Part shown: positions 9,286 to 19,644 of the stretch, piece after piece
How the letters are laid out: each line of letters opens with the position of its first letter
How positions within the stretch are numbered: position 1 is the stretch's first letter
DNA from: an uncultured Rhodobacteraceae bacterium
GTDB taxonomy: Bacteria; Pseudomonadota; Alphaproteobacteria; Rhodobacterales; Rhodobacteraceae
Reading direction: 5' to 3'
Length of the DNA: 64,000 nt
Assembly (NCBI GenBank): GCA_947487205.1
Contig: CANKVU010000004.1
Location: 110,000 to 173,999, forward strand
Position numbers and translations under genes: made by a program
Notes under the pieces: generated by a model
What the model was told of the DNA's origin: nothing
What the model saw: the letters and a program-made list of their open reading frames with translations, nothing else
Databases searched by the model: none

Positions 9286-11556
9286 ATGGCCCAGATCCCC
9301 TCCAAGGTCGAGATCCTGAACTGGATCGCGGACAATCCCACCAAGACGGCGAAGCGCGACATCGCCCGCGCCTTCGGGCTGAAGGGCGCCGACCGCATCG
9401 ACCTCAAGCGCCTGCTGAAGGAGCTGGAGGCCGAGGGCCACCTGGAAAAGCGCAAGAAGACCTATCGCGACCCCGACACCCTGCCCCCGGTCTCGGTCTG
9501 CGAGGTGGTGGGCCCCGATTCCGACGGCGAGCTGATCGCCCGGCCGATGGAATGGCGCGGCGACGGGCCCGAACCCCGCATCCTGATGGTCGAGCGGCAG
9601 AGCGACGGGGCGCTGGGGGCCGGCGACCGCGCGCTTTTGCGCCTGCAGAAGGTCCAGGGCGAGGACCACCATTACGAGGGCCGCCTGATCCGCAAGCTGA
9701 ACCGGACGGCGATGCGGATGCTGGGCATCTTCCGCGCCACCTCGGACGGCGGCCGGATCGTTCCGATCGACAAGGGCAACGACAAGGAATGGCAGGTCCG
9801 CGCCGCCGACGCGAACGGCGCGAAGGACGGCGAGCTGGTCGAGGCCGAGCGCGCCCCCAAGGACCGGCTGGGCCTGCCCCGCGCGCGCGTGCTGGAGCGC
9901 CTCGGCGACCCGACCGCGCCGAAATCCGTCTCCCTCATCGCGATCCGGCAGCACGGCATCCCCGACGCGTTTCCCGACGAGGCCGTGGTCGAGGCCGAGG
10001 CGGCCACGCCCGTGGACCTCGGCGACCGCACCGACCTGCGCGACCTGCCCCTGATCACCATCGACCCCTCGGACGCGCGCGATCACGACGACGCCGTCTG
10101 CGCCCTGCCCGACGACGATGCCGGCAACGAGGGCGGCCATGTGCTCTGGGTCGCCATCGCCGACGTGGCCCATTACGTCCGGCCCGGTTCCGCGCTCGAC
10201 CGCGAGGCCCGGACGCGCGGCAATTCCACCTACTTCCCCGACCGCGTCGTGCCGATGCTGCCCGAGGCGCTGTCGGCCGATCTCTGCTCGCTGGTCGAGG
10301 GGGAGGACCGCGCCTGCCTCGCCGTGCGCATGGTGCTCGACGCCCAGGGCAACAAGCTCTCGCACCGCTTCCACCGCGGCCTCATGCGCTCGCCCGCCTC
10401 GCTCTCCTACGAGGAGGCGCAGGCGGCCCAAGACGGCCACGCGTCGGAGAAGACCGCCGAGCTCGCCGACACGGTGATCGCTCCGCTCTTCGCCGCCTAC
10501 CACGCCCTCCGCGCCGCCCGCGCCCGCCGCCAGCCGCTGGAGCTCGACCTGCCCGAGCGCCGGATCGTGCTCTCGGAGGACGGCCGCGTGACCTCCATCG
10601 CCTTCACCGAACGCCTCGACGCCCACCGGCTGATCGAGGAATTCATGGTGCTGGCCAATGTCTGCGCCGCCGAGACCCTCTCGGCGAAGCGCCAGCCCCT
10701 CCTCTACCGCGTCCACGAGGAGCCCAGCCCCGAGAAGCTCGAGGCGCTGCGCGAGGTGGCCGAGGCGGCGGGCTTCCAGCTGCCGAAGGGGCAGGTCCTG
10801 CAGACCGCGCACCTCAATCGCCTGCTGGCCCAGGCCGGCGAGAGCGAGTTCGCCGAGCTCATCAACATGTCCACGCTCCGCGCCATGACCCAGGCCTATT
10901 ACGCGCCGCGCAACTTCTCCCATTTCGGGCTGGCGCTGCGCCAATACGCCCATTTCACCTCGCCGATCCGCCGCTACGCCGACCTGATCGTGCACCGCGC
11001 GCTGATCACCGCCCATGGCTGGGGCCCCGACCCGAAGGCCGACGGCCTCTCCCCCGCCGACGAGGAGATGCTGGAGGAGACGGCCGAGGCGATCTCGGAC
11101 ACCGAGCGCCGCTCCATGGTGGCCGAGCGCGACACCACCGACCGCTACCTCGCCGCCTATCTCTCCGAGCGGGTGGGGGCCGAGATGACCGGCCGCATCG
11201 CCGGCGTGCAGCGCTTCGGCCTCTTCGTGAAGCTCGACGAGAGCGGCGCCGACGGTCTCGTCCCCGTCCGCGCGCTCGGCGGCGAGTTCTTCCATTACGA
11301 CGGCGACAGCCAGACCCTGATGGGCGCCGATTCGGGCCGCGTCATCGGGCTCGGCCAGCGCGTCACCGTGCGCATCGCCGAGGCGGTGCCGGTCACCGGC
11401 GGCCTCGTCCTCGACCTTCTGGAGGTGGAGGGCGACCGGGTGCCGCCGGGCCGCTCGCGGGCGCGGCGCGGCCCCCCGCCGCGCCGCAAGAAGGGCAAGG
11501 AGAAGGCCCGCGCCAAGGCCCGCGAGCGCAAGGTGACCCGCACCCGCCGCGGCTGA
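9286..11556 (+). CDS. rnr: Ribonuclease R
   Basis: 756 aa. It has an RNB catalytic domain (ITIDPSDARDHDDAV, YFPDRVVPMLPE), an S1 domain, and a Lys/Arg-rich C-terminal tail. Confidence 0.93.
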   Translation: MAQIPSKVEILNWIADNPTKTAKRDIARAFGLKGADRIDLKRLLKELEAEGHLEKRKKTYRDPDTLPPVSVCEVVGPDSDGELIARPMEWRGDGPEPRILMVERQSDGALGAGDRALLRLQKVQGEDHHYEGRLIRKLNRTAMRMLGIFRATSDGGRIVPIDKGNDKEWQVRAADANGAKDGELVEAERAPKDRLGLPRARVLERLGDPTAPKSVSLIAIRQHGIPDAFPDEAVVEAEAATPVDLGDRTDLRDLPLITIDPSDARDHDDAVCALPDDDAGNEGGHVLWVAIADVAHYVRPGSALDREARTRGNSTYFPDRVVPMLPEALSADLCSLVEGEDRACLAVRMVLDAQGNKLSHRFHRGLMRSPASLSYEEAQAAQDGHASEKTAELADTVIAPLFAAYHALRAARARRQPLELDLPERRIVLSEDGRVTSIAFTERLDAHRLIEEFMVLANVCAAETLSAKRQPLLYRVHEEPSPEKLEALREVAEAAGFQLPKGQVLQTAHLNRLLAQAGESEFAELINMSTLRAMTQAYYAPRNFSHFGLALRQYAHFTSPIRRYADLIVHRALITAHGWGPDPKADGLSPADEEMLEETAEAISDTERRSMVAERDTTDRYLAAYLSERVGAEMTGRIAGVQRFGLFVKLDESGADGLVPVRALGGEFFHYDGDSQTLMGADSGRVIGLGQRVTVRIAEAVPVTGGLVLDLLEVEGDRVPPGRSRARRGPPPRRKKGKEKARAKARERKVTRTRRG

Positions 11557-11557
11557 C

Positions 11558-11626
11558 CGCCCCCGCCCCGTCCGAGCGCCCCTGCCCCGTCCGAGCGCCC
11601 CCGCCCCGTCCGAGCGCCCCCGCCCC
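11558..11626. repeat. Tandem repeat, 19-bp unit x ~3.6 (cgcccc[c/t]gccccgtccgag)
   Basis: Read directly. There are three full contiguous units with one C/T difference, plus a 12-nt partial unit. The array starts right after the rnr stop, and the unit length is not a multiple of 3. Confidence 0.85.
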
Positions 11627-11752
11627 TTCACCCTTTTTGCAAATACCCAAGGCCGGCGGCCGGCCAGGCGGGGCGCACGCACGCACGGCGCACCTTGACG
11701 GCCGCCCGGCCCGGGGCCAGTGCTGGGCACGATCCCTTCCCCCGGAGGCCCC

Positions 11753-12352
11753 ATGCCGGACGCCGCAGACGCCCTTCTCGTCATCGACATGCAGGTCGAC
11801 TTCCTGCCCGGCGGCGCGCTCGCCGTGCCGCAGGGCGACGCGCTCGTGCCCGGCATCAACACGCTCATGGCCGGGTTCGGCGCGGTCATCCTGACCCAGG
11901 ACTGGCATCCCGCGGGCCATTCCTCCTTCGCCAGCCGGTACGCCGACAGGCGCCCCTTCGACAGCGTGGAGATGCCCTACGGCCCGCAGGTGCTCTGGCC
12001 CGACCATTGCGTGCAGGGCACGCCCGGCGCGGCCTTCGCCCCGGGCCTTCGCACCGATGGCGACCTCATCCTGCGCAAGGGGTTCCGCCCCGGGATCGAC
12101 AGCTATTCGGCCTTCTTCGAGAACGACCGCGCGACTCCCACCGGGCTCGAGGGCTATCTCAGGACCCGCGGCATCGAGCGGCTGACGCTCGTCGGGCTGG
12201 CCTTCGATTTCTGCGTCGGGTTCTCGGCCCTCGACGCCGCCGCGCTCGGCTTCGAGGTGACGGTGCGGCGCGACCTCTGCCGCGCCATCGACATGGACGG
12301 CTCCGAGGCCGAGGCCGCGCGGGCGATGGACGCGGCCGGCGTGCGGCTCTGA
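11753..12352 (+). CDS. pncA: Nicotinamidase/pyrazinamidase (isochorismatase family)
   Basis: 199 aa from the internal Met of ORF 11720..12352. Motifs include ALLVIDMQVDFLPGGALAV, TQDWHP and a C-terminal catalytic Cys region (FDFCV). Confidence 0.8.
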   Translation: MPDAADALLVIDMQVDFLPGGALAVPQGDALVPGINTLMAGFGAVILTQDWHPAGHSSFASRYADRRPFDSVEMPYGPQVLWPDHCVQGTPGAAFAPGLRTDGDLILRKGFRPGIDSYSAFFENDRATPTGLEGYLRTRGIERLTLVGLAFDFCVGFSALDAAALGFEVTVRRDLCRAIDMDGSEAEAARAMDAAGVRL

Positions 12353-13245
12353 TGGACCTGCGCTCCCTCGCTCTCGGGATCGGCTTCGCGGTGATGTGGT
12401 CCTCGGCCTTCACCTCGGCCAAGTTCATCGTCGCCGACGCCCCGCCCCTGACGGCGCTGGCGCTGCGATTCCTGATCTCGGGCCTCGTCGGGGTCGCCAT
12501 CGCCCGGGCGATGGGGCAATCCTGGCGGTTGACGGGGGCGCAATGGCGCGCGACGGCGGTCTTCGGCCTCTGCCAGAACGCGCTCTATCTCGGGCTCAAC
12601 TTCATGGCGATGCGGAGCGTCGATGCGGGGCTCGCCTCCATCGTCGCCTCGACCATGCCGCTCCTCGTGGCGCTCGCCGGCTGGGCGGTGCTGGGCCAGC
12701 GGCTCCGCCCGCTCGGGGTCGCGGGCCTCGCCGCCGGGCTGACGGGCGTCGCCGTGATCATGGGCAGCCGGATCTCGGGCGGGGTGGACGGCACCGGGCT
12801 GGCCTTGTGCGTCGCCGGGGTGCTGGCGCTGACGCTGGCCACCCTGTCGGTGCGCGGCGCCTCCTCGGGCGGCAACGTGCTGATGGTCGTCGGCCTGCAG
12901 ATGCTGGTGGGCTCGGCGATCCTGGCCGTGGCGGCCGCGATCTCGGAGCCGTGGCAGGTGGAATGGTCGGCGCCGCTGGTCTTGGCCTTCCTCTACACCA
13001 CGCTGGTGCCGGGGCTGCTCGCGACCTTCGCGTGGTTCGTCCTGGTCGGGCGGATCGGGGCGGTCCGGGCGGCGACCTTCCACTTCCTCAACCCGTTCCT
13101 GGGGGTGGCCATCGCCGCGATCGTGCTCGGCGAACGGCTGGGCCTCCTCGACGTGGTGGGCGTGGCGATCATCATGGCCGGCATCCTGGCGGTGCAGCTG
13201 GCCAAGGCGCCCGCCCCCTCGGCGCCGCGCCGCACCGCCGCCTAG
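12352..13245 (+). CDS. DMT superfamily (EamA-like) transporter
   Basis: 297 aa with about 10 TM segments and duplicated EamA-type halves. Its ATG overlaps the pncA stop. Confidence 0.75.
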   Translation: MDLRSLALGIGFAVMWSSAFTSAKFIVADAPPLTALALRFLISGLVGVAIARAMGQSWRLTGAQWRATAVFGLCQNALYLGLNFMAMRSVDAGLASIVASTMPLLVALAGWAVLGQRLRPLGVAGLAAGLTGVAVIMGSRISGGVDGTGLALCVAGVLALTLATLSVRGASSGGNVLMVVGLQMLVGSAILAVAAAISEPWQVEWSAPLVLAFLYTTLVPGLLATFAWFVLVGRIGAVRAATFHFLNPFLGVAIAAIVLGERLGLLDVVGVAIIMAGILAVQLAKAPAPSAPRRTAA

Positions 13246-13997
13246 CAGGGACGCGGCGCGCCGCGCTCGTCGGCGATCACGGCGGCAAGCGTCGGGGCGT
13301 CGACCCGGCCCAGGATCACGGTGCGGTTGACGACCAGCGCCGGCGTCCCCGGAAACCCGAAGATCCGGGCCAGCGCCCGGGCCCGCTCCAGCGCCCGTGC
13401 GACCGGCGGTGCCGCCATGTCGCGGGCCAGCCGGTCGGGGTCGAGCCCCGCCTGCCCCGCGATCCGGTCGAGCGCGCGCGGCGTGACCGAGAGCGCGGTC
13501 CCCATCAGCGCCGCGTTCAGCGCCCCGAAGGCGTCCTGGCCCCGCGCCGCCAGCGCCGCGCGCGCCGCCAGTTCCGAGGCGCGCCCGAAGAGCGGCGTGA
13601 AATGATGGGAGATCCGCAACCCCTCCCGCGGCGCCAGCCGCGCCAGAAGGTCCGACAGGGTCCGGCAATAGGGGCAGTAATGGTCGGTGAAATAGGCCGC
13701 CGGGACCTCGCCCGCGCCCGCGCCCGCATAAAAGAGCGCCCCGCAGAGATCGGCGCGCACCGCCGCCATCGCCGCCGGCGGGATGCCGGGCCCCGGATCG
13801 ATCCCGGCCAGCGCATCGCGGGCGCCGCCCCGCGACAGGCCGTCGCCGGCGTCGATCCGGCGGAACCCATCCACGGGGGCGTAATCGGAATAGCGCGGCC
13901 CGCGCAGCCGCGAGACCAGGCCGGGCGCGAGCTGGAACCCCGCCACCAGGGCGGCGGCGCCGGCTCCGGCGGTCAGAACGCCGCGTCGCGTGGCCAT
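13242..13997 (-). CDS. DsbA family thiol:disulfide oxidoreductase with a Tat-type signal
   Basis: 251 aa. The N-terminus is MATRRGVLTAGAGAAALVAG, a twin-arginine-like signal. A CPYC active-site motif sits in a thioredoxin-fold context. Confidence 0.7.
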   Translation of the reverse strand: MATRRGVLTAGAGAAALVAGFQLAPGLVSRLRGPRYSDYAPVDGFRRIDAGDGLSRGGARDALAGIDPGPGIPPAAMAAVRADLCGALFYAGAGAGEVPAAYFTDHYCPYCRTLSDLLARLAPREGLRISHHFTPLFGRASELAARAALAARGQDAFGALNAALMGTALSVTPRALDRIAGQAGLDPDRLARDMAAPPVARALERARALARIFGFPGTPALVVNRTVILGRVDAPTLAAVIADERGAPRPC

Positions 13998-14019
13998 GCG
14001 CGCCCCTTGGGATCTGAGA

Positions 14020-14095
14020 TGGTGAGCCGGCAGGGGCTCGAACCCTGGACCTACTGATTAAAAGTCAGTTGCTCTACCAACTGAGCTACCGGCTC
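14020..14095 (-). tRNA. tRNA-Lys (anticodon UUU)
   Basis: The reverse complement folds as a 76-nt cloverleaf. The acceptor stem is GAGCCGG/CCGGCTC, the D-arm is AGCTCAGTTGGTAGAGC, the anticodon loop is CTTTTAA and the T-arm is CAGGGTTCGAGCCCTG. CCA is encoded. Confidence 0.93.
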
Positions 14096-14351
14096 ACAGG
14101 CGGGGGAGGTAAACGGGCCCATCCGGCCCGTCAAGCGCAAAGCATCCCCTTTTCCGGCACCGGATCGGCGCGCCGATCCCCCGGGCGGCGGCGCGGCCCC
14201 CGCCCCCCGCATCGAGCGAGCCGCAGCCTTGACGTGTGGTATATATAAATTTTGCGCCGATACGCATCCCTGAGTTGCAGGCCACGCGCCGGTCCCGGGC
14301 GGGCGCGGGGCCGCTTTTCACCGGGCGCCGCGACGCGTATAGGGGCAAGCC

Positions 14352-15182
14352 ATGCAGACCCGCCCCGACCGATACCCCTTCGCCAAGATGCACGGCCTCG
14401 GCAACGACTTCGTCGTGATCGACCGCCGCGCGGGCGTGCCCGAGATGACGCCGGCCCTGGCCCGCGCCATGGGCGACCGGCATCGCGGGCTGGGCTTCGA
14501 CCAGCTGGTGGAGGTGGAGGCCGACCCGGAGGCGGATGTCCGGCTGACCTTCTGGAACGCGGACGGCTCGCGATCGGGCGCCTGCGGCAATGCCACGCGC
14601 TGCATCGCCGCGGACCTCCTCGCCGAGACCGGCGCGGCGGCGGTGAGCCTGCGTACCGAACGCGGCATCCTGTCCGCGCGCCGCTCCGAACACGGCGTCG
14701 CGGTGAACATGGGGCCGCCGATCCTCGACTGGCGGCAGATCCCGCTGGCCCGTGACGTGGACGTGGATCGCCTGCCCATCGACGGGGCGCCGGTCGCGAC
14801 GGGCATGGGCAACCCCCATTGCACGTTCTTCGTCGAGGATGCCGAGGCGGTGGACCTCGCCACCTTCGGCCCCGCGCATGAACGCCATGAACTCTTCCCC
14901 GAACGGACCAACGTGCAGGTGGCCCACGTGGTGGGCCCCGACCATATCCGGATGCGGGTCTGGGAACGGGGCGCGGGGATCACGCTCGCCTCCGGCTCCT
15001 CCTCCTGCGCGACCGCCGTGGCGGCGGTGCGGCGCGGCCTGACGGGGCGGTCGGTGCGGATCACGCTCGACGGCGGCGACCTGTTCGTGGACTGGCGCGA
15101 GGACGGCGTCTGGATGGCCGGGCCCACCGCCCACGTCGCCAGCGGCGCGTTCACCGCCGCCTTCCTGCGGGGCCTGGCATGA
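14352..15182 (+). CDS. dapF: Diaminopimelate epimerase
   Basis: 276 aa. Motifs include [13 protein letters not shown] and two catalytic Cys regions ([18 protein letters not shown]). Confidence 0.92.
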   Translation: MQTRPDRYPFAKMHGLGNDFVVIDRRAGVPEMTPALARAMGDRHRGLGFDQLVEVEADPEADVRLTFWNADGSRSGACGNATRCIAADLLAETGAAAVSLRTERGILSARRSEHGVAVNMGPPILDWRQIPLARDVDVDRLPIDGAPVATGMGNPHCTFFVEDAEAVDLATFGPAHERHELFPERTNVQVAHVVGPDHIRMRVWERGAGITLASGSSSCATAVAAVRRGLTGRSVRITLDGGDLFVDWREDGVWMAGPTAHVASGAFTAAFLRGLA

Positions 15183-16435
15183 GCGCGCCGGTCTTCTCCA
15201 ACCACGGCTGCCGGCTCAACGCCTACGAGACCGAGGCGATGAAGGAGCTCGCCGCGGGCGCGGGGGTGGACGACCTCGTGGTGGTGAACACCTGCGCCGT
15301 GACCGCCGAGGCGGTCCGCAAGGCCAAGAAGGACATCCGCCGCCTGGCGCGCGAGAATCCGGGCAAGCGGGTCGTCGTCACGGGCTGCGCCGCGCAGACC
15401 GAGCCACAGACCTTCGCCGCCATGCCCGAGGTCGCCCGCGTGATCGGCAATGCCGAGAAGATGCAGGCGGGCACCTGGGCCGCCATGGCCCCCGACTTCA
15501 CCGGCGCGACCGAGCGCGTCCAGGTCGACGACATCATGTCGGTGACGGAGACGGCGGGTCACCTGATCGACGGGTTCGGCACGCGGAGCCGCGCCTATGT
15601 CCAGGTCCAGAACGGCTGCGACCATCGCTGCACCTTCTGCATCATCCCCTATGGGCGCGGCAATTCCCGCTCGGTGCCCGCCGGCGTGGTGGTGGAGCAG
15701 ATCCGCCGGCTGGCGGAGGCGGGCTTCGAGGAGGTGGTGCTCACGGGCGTCGACCTCACCTCCTGGGGCGCGGACCTGCCGGGGGCGCCGCGGCTGGGCG
15801 ACCTGGTGATGCGGATCCTGAAGCTGGTGCCGGAGCTGGCGCGGCTCAGGATCTCGTCGATCGATTCGATCGAGGTGGACGACAACCTGATGCGCGCCAT
15901 CGCGGAGGAGGCGCGGCTGATGCCGCATCTCCACCTGTCGCTCCAGCACGGCTCCGACCTGATCCTGAAGCGGATGAAGCGCCGCCACCTGCGCGCCGAC
16001 GCGATCCGCTTCTGCGAGACGGCGCGCCGCCTCCGCCCCGACATGACCTTCGGCGCCGACATCATCGCCGGCTTCCCGACCGAGACCGAGGACCACTTCG
16101 CCGATTCGCTGCGCCTCGTGGAGGAATGCGGCCTGACCTGGCTCCACGTCTTCCCCTATTCCGCCCGGCCCGGCACGCCCGCGGCGCGGATGCCCGCCTT
16201 GGACGGCCGGGCGGTCAAGGAGCGCGCCGCGCGTCTCCGCGCCGCCGGGTCGGCCGCGGCGGAGCGGCACCTGGAGGCGCAGGTCGGCCGCGCGCACCGG
16301 GTCCTGATGGAGGGCCCGCGCATGGGCCGGACCGAGCACTTCGCCGAGGTCGCCTTCGACCGCGACCAGCCCGAGGGGCGCATCGTCGAGGCCCGGATCG
16401 CCGCCCGGGACGGACGGCGCCTCCGGGCGGCCTGA
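15179..16435 (+). CDS. mtaB: tRNA (t6A37) methylthiotransferase MtaB (MiaB-like radical SAM)
   Basis: 418 aa. It overlaps the dapF stop in an ATGA junction. It has an N-terminal UPF0004 Cys triad, a radical-SAM motif ([11 protein letters not shown]) and a TRAM-like C-terminus. Confidence 0.85.
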   Translation: MSAPVFSNHGCRLNAYETEAMKELAAGAGVDDLVVVNTCAVTAEAVRKAKKDIRRLARENPGKRVVVTGCAAQTEPQTFAAMPEVARVIGNAEKMQAGTWAAMAPDFTGATERVQVDDIMSVTETAGHLIDGFGTRSRAYVQVQNGCDHRCTFCIIPYGRGNSRSVPAGVVVEQIRRLAEAGFEEVVLTGVDLTSWGADLPGAPRLGDLVMRILKLVPELARLRISSIDSIEVDDNLMRAIAEEARLMPHLHLSLQHGSDLILKRMKRRHLRADAIRFCETARRLRPDMTFGADIIAGFPTETEDHFADSLRLVEECGLTWLHVFPYSARPGTPAARMPALDGRAVKERAARLRAAGSAAAERHLEAQVGRAHRVLMEGPRMGRTEHFAEVAFDRDQPEGRIVEARIAARDGRRLRAA

Positions 16436-16437
16436 CC

Positions 16438-16740
16438 TCAGGCGGGGTCGATCCCCACGAACTCGCCGTCGGCGGTGAAGGTGCAGGTGAAGAAGTCCTC
16501 CTGATTCTCGGTATAGCCGGGAACGGTGTACATCCCCTGGTCGGGCTCCGCCGGCAGGGTGGTGATGTATTGCGGCGACCCGCCATAGAGCGCGGCCGCC
16601 TCGCCCCGGCAGAAGACCGGCATCTGCGCCGGGGTCTGCCGGTCGGGCGCGGCGGTGGAGGCCGACATGTCCTCCATGTCGGTGTCGACGCATCCCGCCA
16701 GCGCGGCTAGCATCGCTGCAGGAACAAGAAGGCGGATCAT
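16438..16740 (-). CDS. Small lipoprotein, hypothetical
   Basis: 100 aa with a lipobox (LAALAGC) after a hydrophobic signal. Codon bias fits the genome. I recognised no family. Confidence 0.5.
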   Translation of the reverse strand: MIRLLVPAAMLAALAGCVDTDMEDMSASTAAPDRQTPAQMPVFCRGEAAALYGGSPQYITTLPAEPDQGMYTVPGYTENQEDFFTCTFTADGEFVGIDPA

Positions 16741-16878
16741 CGTGCAAAATCCTCTGATGACTGATTGCGCCGGGGCCGCGGCGCCCCGGAATCCTCACCG
16801 CTCGGACCCGTCCGGGCAAGCCCGCACGGCCCGTCGGTCGGGCCTTCGGCGGGCCGGCGCCCATCGGCGGATCGCCTG

Positions 16879-17481
16879 ATGGACCTGTACTATTCCCCCG
16901 CCTCGCCCTTCGCCCGCAAGGTGCGCGTCACGCTGATCGAGACCGGGCAGGACGCCGACGTCCGGCTGGTGGCGAGCCAGCAGACGCCGCTCGCTCCCGA
17001 TCCCGCGAACGTGGCGCAGAACCCGCTCGGCAAGGTCCCGGCGCTGACCCGGCCCGACGGGCCGGCGCTCTATGACAGCCGGGTGATCTGCCGCTACCTC
17101 GACGCGCGGGCGGGCGGGCGCCTCTATCCCGAGCGGCGCATCTGGGAGGTGCTGACGCTGGAGGCGACGGCGGACGGCATCCTCGATGCCGCGCTCCTCA
17201 TGGTCTACGAGGAGCGGCTGCGCCCCGAGGCGCAGCGCGCCTCCGATTACGTCGCCGCCCAGTGGGACAAGGTCCTGCGCGCGCTTGACGCGATCGAGGG
17301 GCGGTGGATCAGCCACCTGTCGGGGCCGCTCGACATGGGCCAGATCGCGACCGGCTGCGCGCTGGCCTATCTCGACTTCCGCCATGGCGGACGGGCGTGG
17401 CGCGCCGCGCGCCCGGATCTGGCCGCGTGGTTCGCCCGCTTCGACGACCGGCCGGCCATGGCCGCCACCCGCCCCGCCTGA
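16879..17481 (+). CDS. Glutathione S-transferase family protein
   Basis: 200 aa from the internal ATG of ORF 16765..17481. The N-terminal thioredoxin-like domain is MDLYYSPASPFARKVRV...GKVPAL...LYDSRVICRYLD. Confidence 0.78.
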   Translation: MDLYYSPASPFARKVRVTLIETGQDADVRLVASQQTPLAPDPANVAQNPLGKVPALTRPDGPALYDSRVICRYLDARAGGRLYPERRIWEVLTLEATADGILDAALLMVYEERLRPEAQRASDYVAAQWDKVLRALDAIEGRWISHLSGPLDMGQIATGCALAYLDFRHGGRAWRAARPDLAAWFARFDDRPAMAATRPA

Positions 17482-17694
17482 GGCGGACGCCCAGTCGCGC
17501 GTGACCCGGCCGCGGCCGCGGCGGGCGCCGTCGAAACGGGACCGGCCGGACGACCGCCGCGCGGCTTTGTCCGCTGGACCCACGCCGCGAAGGGGGCTAG
17601 ACAGCGGCCAAAGCGCCGGATTGCGTCCGGGACGTGCCGGCCCCGCCCGATGTCCCGACCGGTCCGACCGGCCCGGAAGAAGGAGAGTAACCCC

Positions 17695-18276
17695 GTGTCC
17701 CACGCTGACGACCATGGCGGCACGCGCCGCGACTTCCTCTACTACGCGACAGCCGGGGCCGGCACCGTGGTCGCCGGCGCCGCGGTCTGGCCGCTGGTGA
17801 ACCAGATGAACCCCTCGGCCAACGTGCAGGCGCTGTCCTCGATCCGCGTCGACGTGGCCGGCGTCGATGCCGGCACGCAGCTGACGGTGCAATGGCTGGG
17901 CAAGCCGGTCTTCATCCGCCGCCGCACCCAGGAGGAGATCGACGAGGCCAACGCCGTCGACGTGAGCAGCCTGCCCGACCCGATCGCGCGCAACGCCAAT
18001 ATCGACGGCGAGGCCCCGGCCACCGACGAGAACCGGGCGCTGAGCCAGGGCGTGGAAGGCGAGACGCCGGAGGAATGGCTCGTCATGATGGGCGTGTGCA
18101 CGCATCTGGGCTGCGTGCCCCTGGGCGACGGGGCGGGCGATTTCAACGGCTGGTTCTGCCCCTGCCACGGCTCGCATTACGACACTGCCGGGCGGATCCG
18201 CCGCGGCCCCGCGCCCGAGAACCTGCCGGTTCCCGTCGCCGCCTTCGACGGCGAAACCACAATCGTCCTGGGATAA
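17695..18276 (+). CDS. petA: Ubiquinol-cytochrome c reductase Rieske iron-sulfur subunit
   Basis: GTG start with AAGGAGA 6-7 nt upstream. The sequence begins [19 protein letters not shown] (Tat signal). Rieske boxes CTHLGC and CPCHGSHY are present. Confidence 0.9.
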   Translation: MSHADDHGGTRRDFLYYATAGAGTVVAGAAVWPLVNQMNPSANVQALSSIRVDVAGVDAGTQLTVQWLGKPVFIRRRTQEEIDEANAVDVSSLPDPIARNANIDGEAPATDENRALSQGVEGETPEEWLVMMGVCTHLGCVPLGDGAGDFNGWFCPCHGSHYDTAGRIRRGPAPENLPVPVAAFDGETTIVLG

Positions 18277-18289
18277 GGAGGACCGACAG

Positions 18290-19633
18290 ATGGCCGGAAT
18301 CCCGCACGACCATTACGAACCGAAGACCGGGGGCGAGCGCTGGCTGCACCGCCGCCTGCCGATCCTCGGGGTCCTCTACGACACGGTGATGATCCCGACG
18401 CCCAAGAACCTCAACTGGATGTGGATCTGGGGCATCGTGCTGACCTTCACGCTGGTCCTGCAGATCGCCACCGGCGTGGTGCTGGTGATGCACTACATCC
18501 CCTCCACCGAGCAGGCCTTCGCCTCGGTCGAGCACATCATGCGCGACGTGAACGGCGGCTTCATGCTGCGCTACCTGCACGCCAACGGCGCGTCGCTGTT
18601 CTTCGTCGCCGTGTACCTGCACATCTTCCGCAACCTCTATTACGGCTCCTACAAGGAACCCCGCGAGGTGACGTGGATCATCGGCATCCTGATGTACCTG
18701 CTGATGATGGGCACCGCGTTCATGGGCTACGTGCTGCCCTGGGGGCAGATGTCGTTCTGGGGCGCCACGGTGATCACCGGCCTCTTCGGCGCGATCCCCT
18801 TCATCGGCGAGGCGATCCAGACTTGGCTCCTGGGCGGGCCGGCGGTCGGCGAATACACCCTGACGCGGTTCTTCTCGCTGCATTACCTGCTGCCGATGAT
18901 CCTGGTCGGGCTGACCGTGGTCCATATCTGGGCCTTCCACACCACCGGCAACAACAACCCCACCGGGGTCGAGGTGCGCCGCTCCTCGAAGGAGGACGCG
19001 GCCAAGGACACGCTGCCGTTCTGGCCCTATTTCGTGCTGAAGGACCTCTTCGCCCTGGCGCTGATCCTGGCGGTGTTCTTCGCGGTGGTGGGCTTCATGC
19101 CCAACTATCTCGGCCACCCGGACAACTACATCGAGGCCAACCCGCTGCAGACGCCCGCGCATATCGTGCCGGAATGGTACTTCCTGCCCTTCTACGCGAT
19201 CCTGCGCGCCTTCACCTCCGAGGTCTGGGTGGTCCAGTTCGCGAGCTTCGTCACCGGCGGCATCATCGACGCCAAGTTCTTCGGCGTGCTGGCGATGTTC
19301 GGCGCCATCGCGGTGATGGCGCTGGCGCCCTGGCTCGACACGTCGAGCGTGCGCTCGGGCCGCTACCGGCCGATGTTCAAGTGGTGGTTCGCGCTGTTCT
19401 TCGTCAACTTCTTCGTCCTGATGTGGTGCGGCGCGATGCCGGCCGAGGAGCCCTATGCCACCATCTCGCTGATCGCGACGACCTACTGGTTCGCGTATTT
19501 CCTGGTCATCCTGCCGCTGCTCGGCGTGATCGAGAAGCCGCTGGCCCAGCCGGCGACGATCGAGGACGACTACGCCACACACTACGCTCCGGCCACCGGC
19601 GGCACGCAGACCGTCAGCACCCCGGCGGAGTGA
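18290..19633 (+). CDS. petB: Cytochrome b
   Basis: 447 aa with the conserved haem-ligand His pairs and a [14 protein letters not shown] motif. Confidence 0.94.
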   Translation: MAGIPHDHYEPKTGGERWLHRRLPILGVLYDTVMIPTPKNLNWMWIWGIVLTFTLVLQIATGVVLVMHYIPSTEQAFASVEHIMRDVNGGFMLRYLHANGASLFFVAVYLHIFRNLYYGSYKEPREVTWIIGILMYLLMMGTAFMGYVLPWGQMSFWGATVITGLFGAIPFIGEAIQTWLLGGPAVGEYTLTRFFSLHYLLPMILVGLTVVHIWAFHTTGNNNPTGVEVRRSSKEDAAKDTLPFWPYFVLKDLFALALILAVFFAVVGFMPNYLGHPDNYIEANPLQTPAHIVPEWYFLPFYAILRAFTSEVWVVQFASFVTGGIIDAKFFGVLAMFGAIAVMALAPWLDTSSVRSGRYRPMFKWWFALFFVNFFVLMWCGAMPAEEPYATISLIATTYWFAYFLVILPLLGVIEKPLAQPATIEDDYATHYAPATGGTQTVSTPAE

Positions 19634-19644
19634 GAGGGACGACA

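Noticed and set aside
11558-11626. Possible CRISPR array, given the short direct repeats after rnr.
   Set aside because: The 19-bp units are contiguous with no spacers. There are only ~3.6 copies, and no cas genes are present anywhere in the window.
8809-11889. A 1026-aa ORF on the minus strand, the longest ORF in the track.
   Set aside because: It lies exactly antisense to the well-supported RNase R gene. Its composition is overwhelmingly Arg/Gly/Ala/Pro/Asp with no recognisable motifs. This is a typical shadow ORF in high-GC DNA, where stop codons are rare in all frames.
14318-16864. An 848-aa minus-strand ORF spanning dapF and mtaB.
   Set aside because: It is antisense to two genes with clear catalytic motifs, has low-complexity Arg/Gly/Pro composition, and the codon-position bias favours the plus-strand genes.
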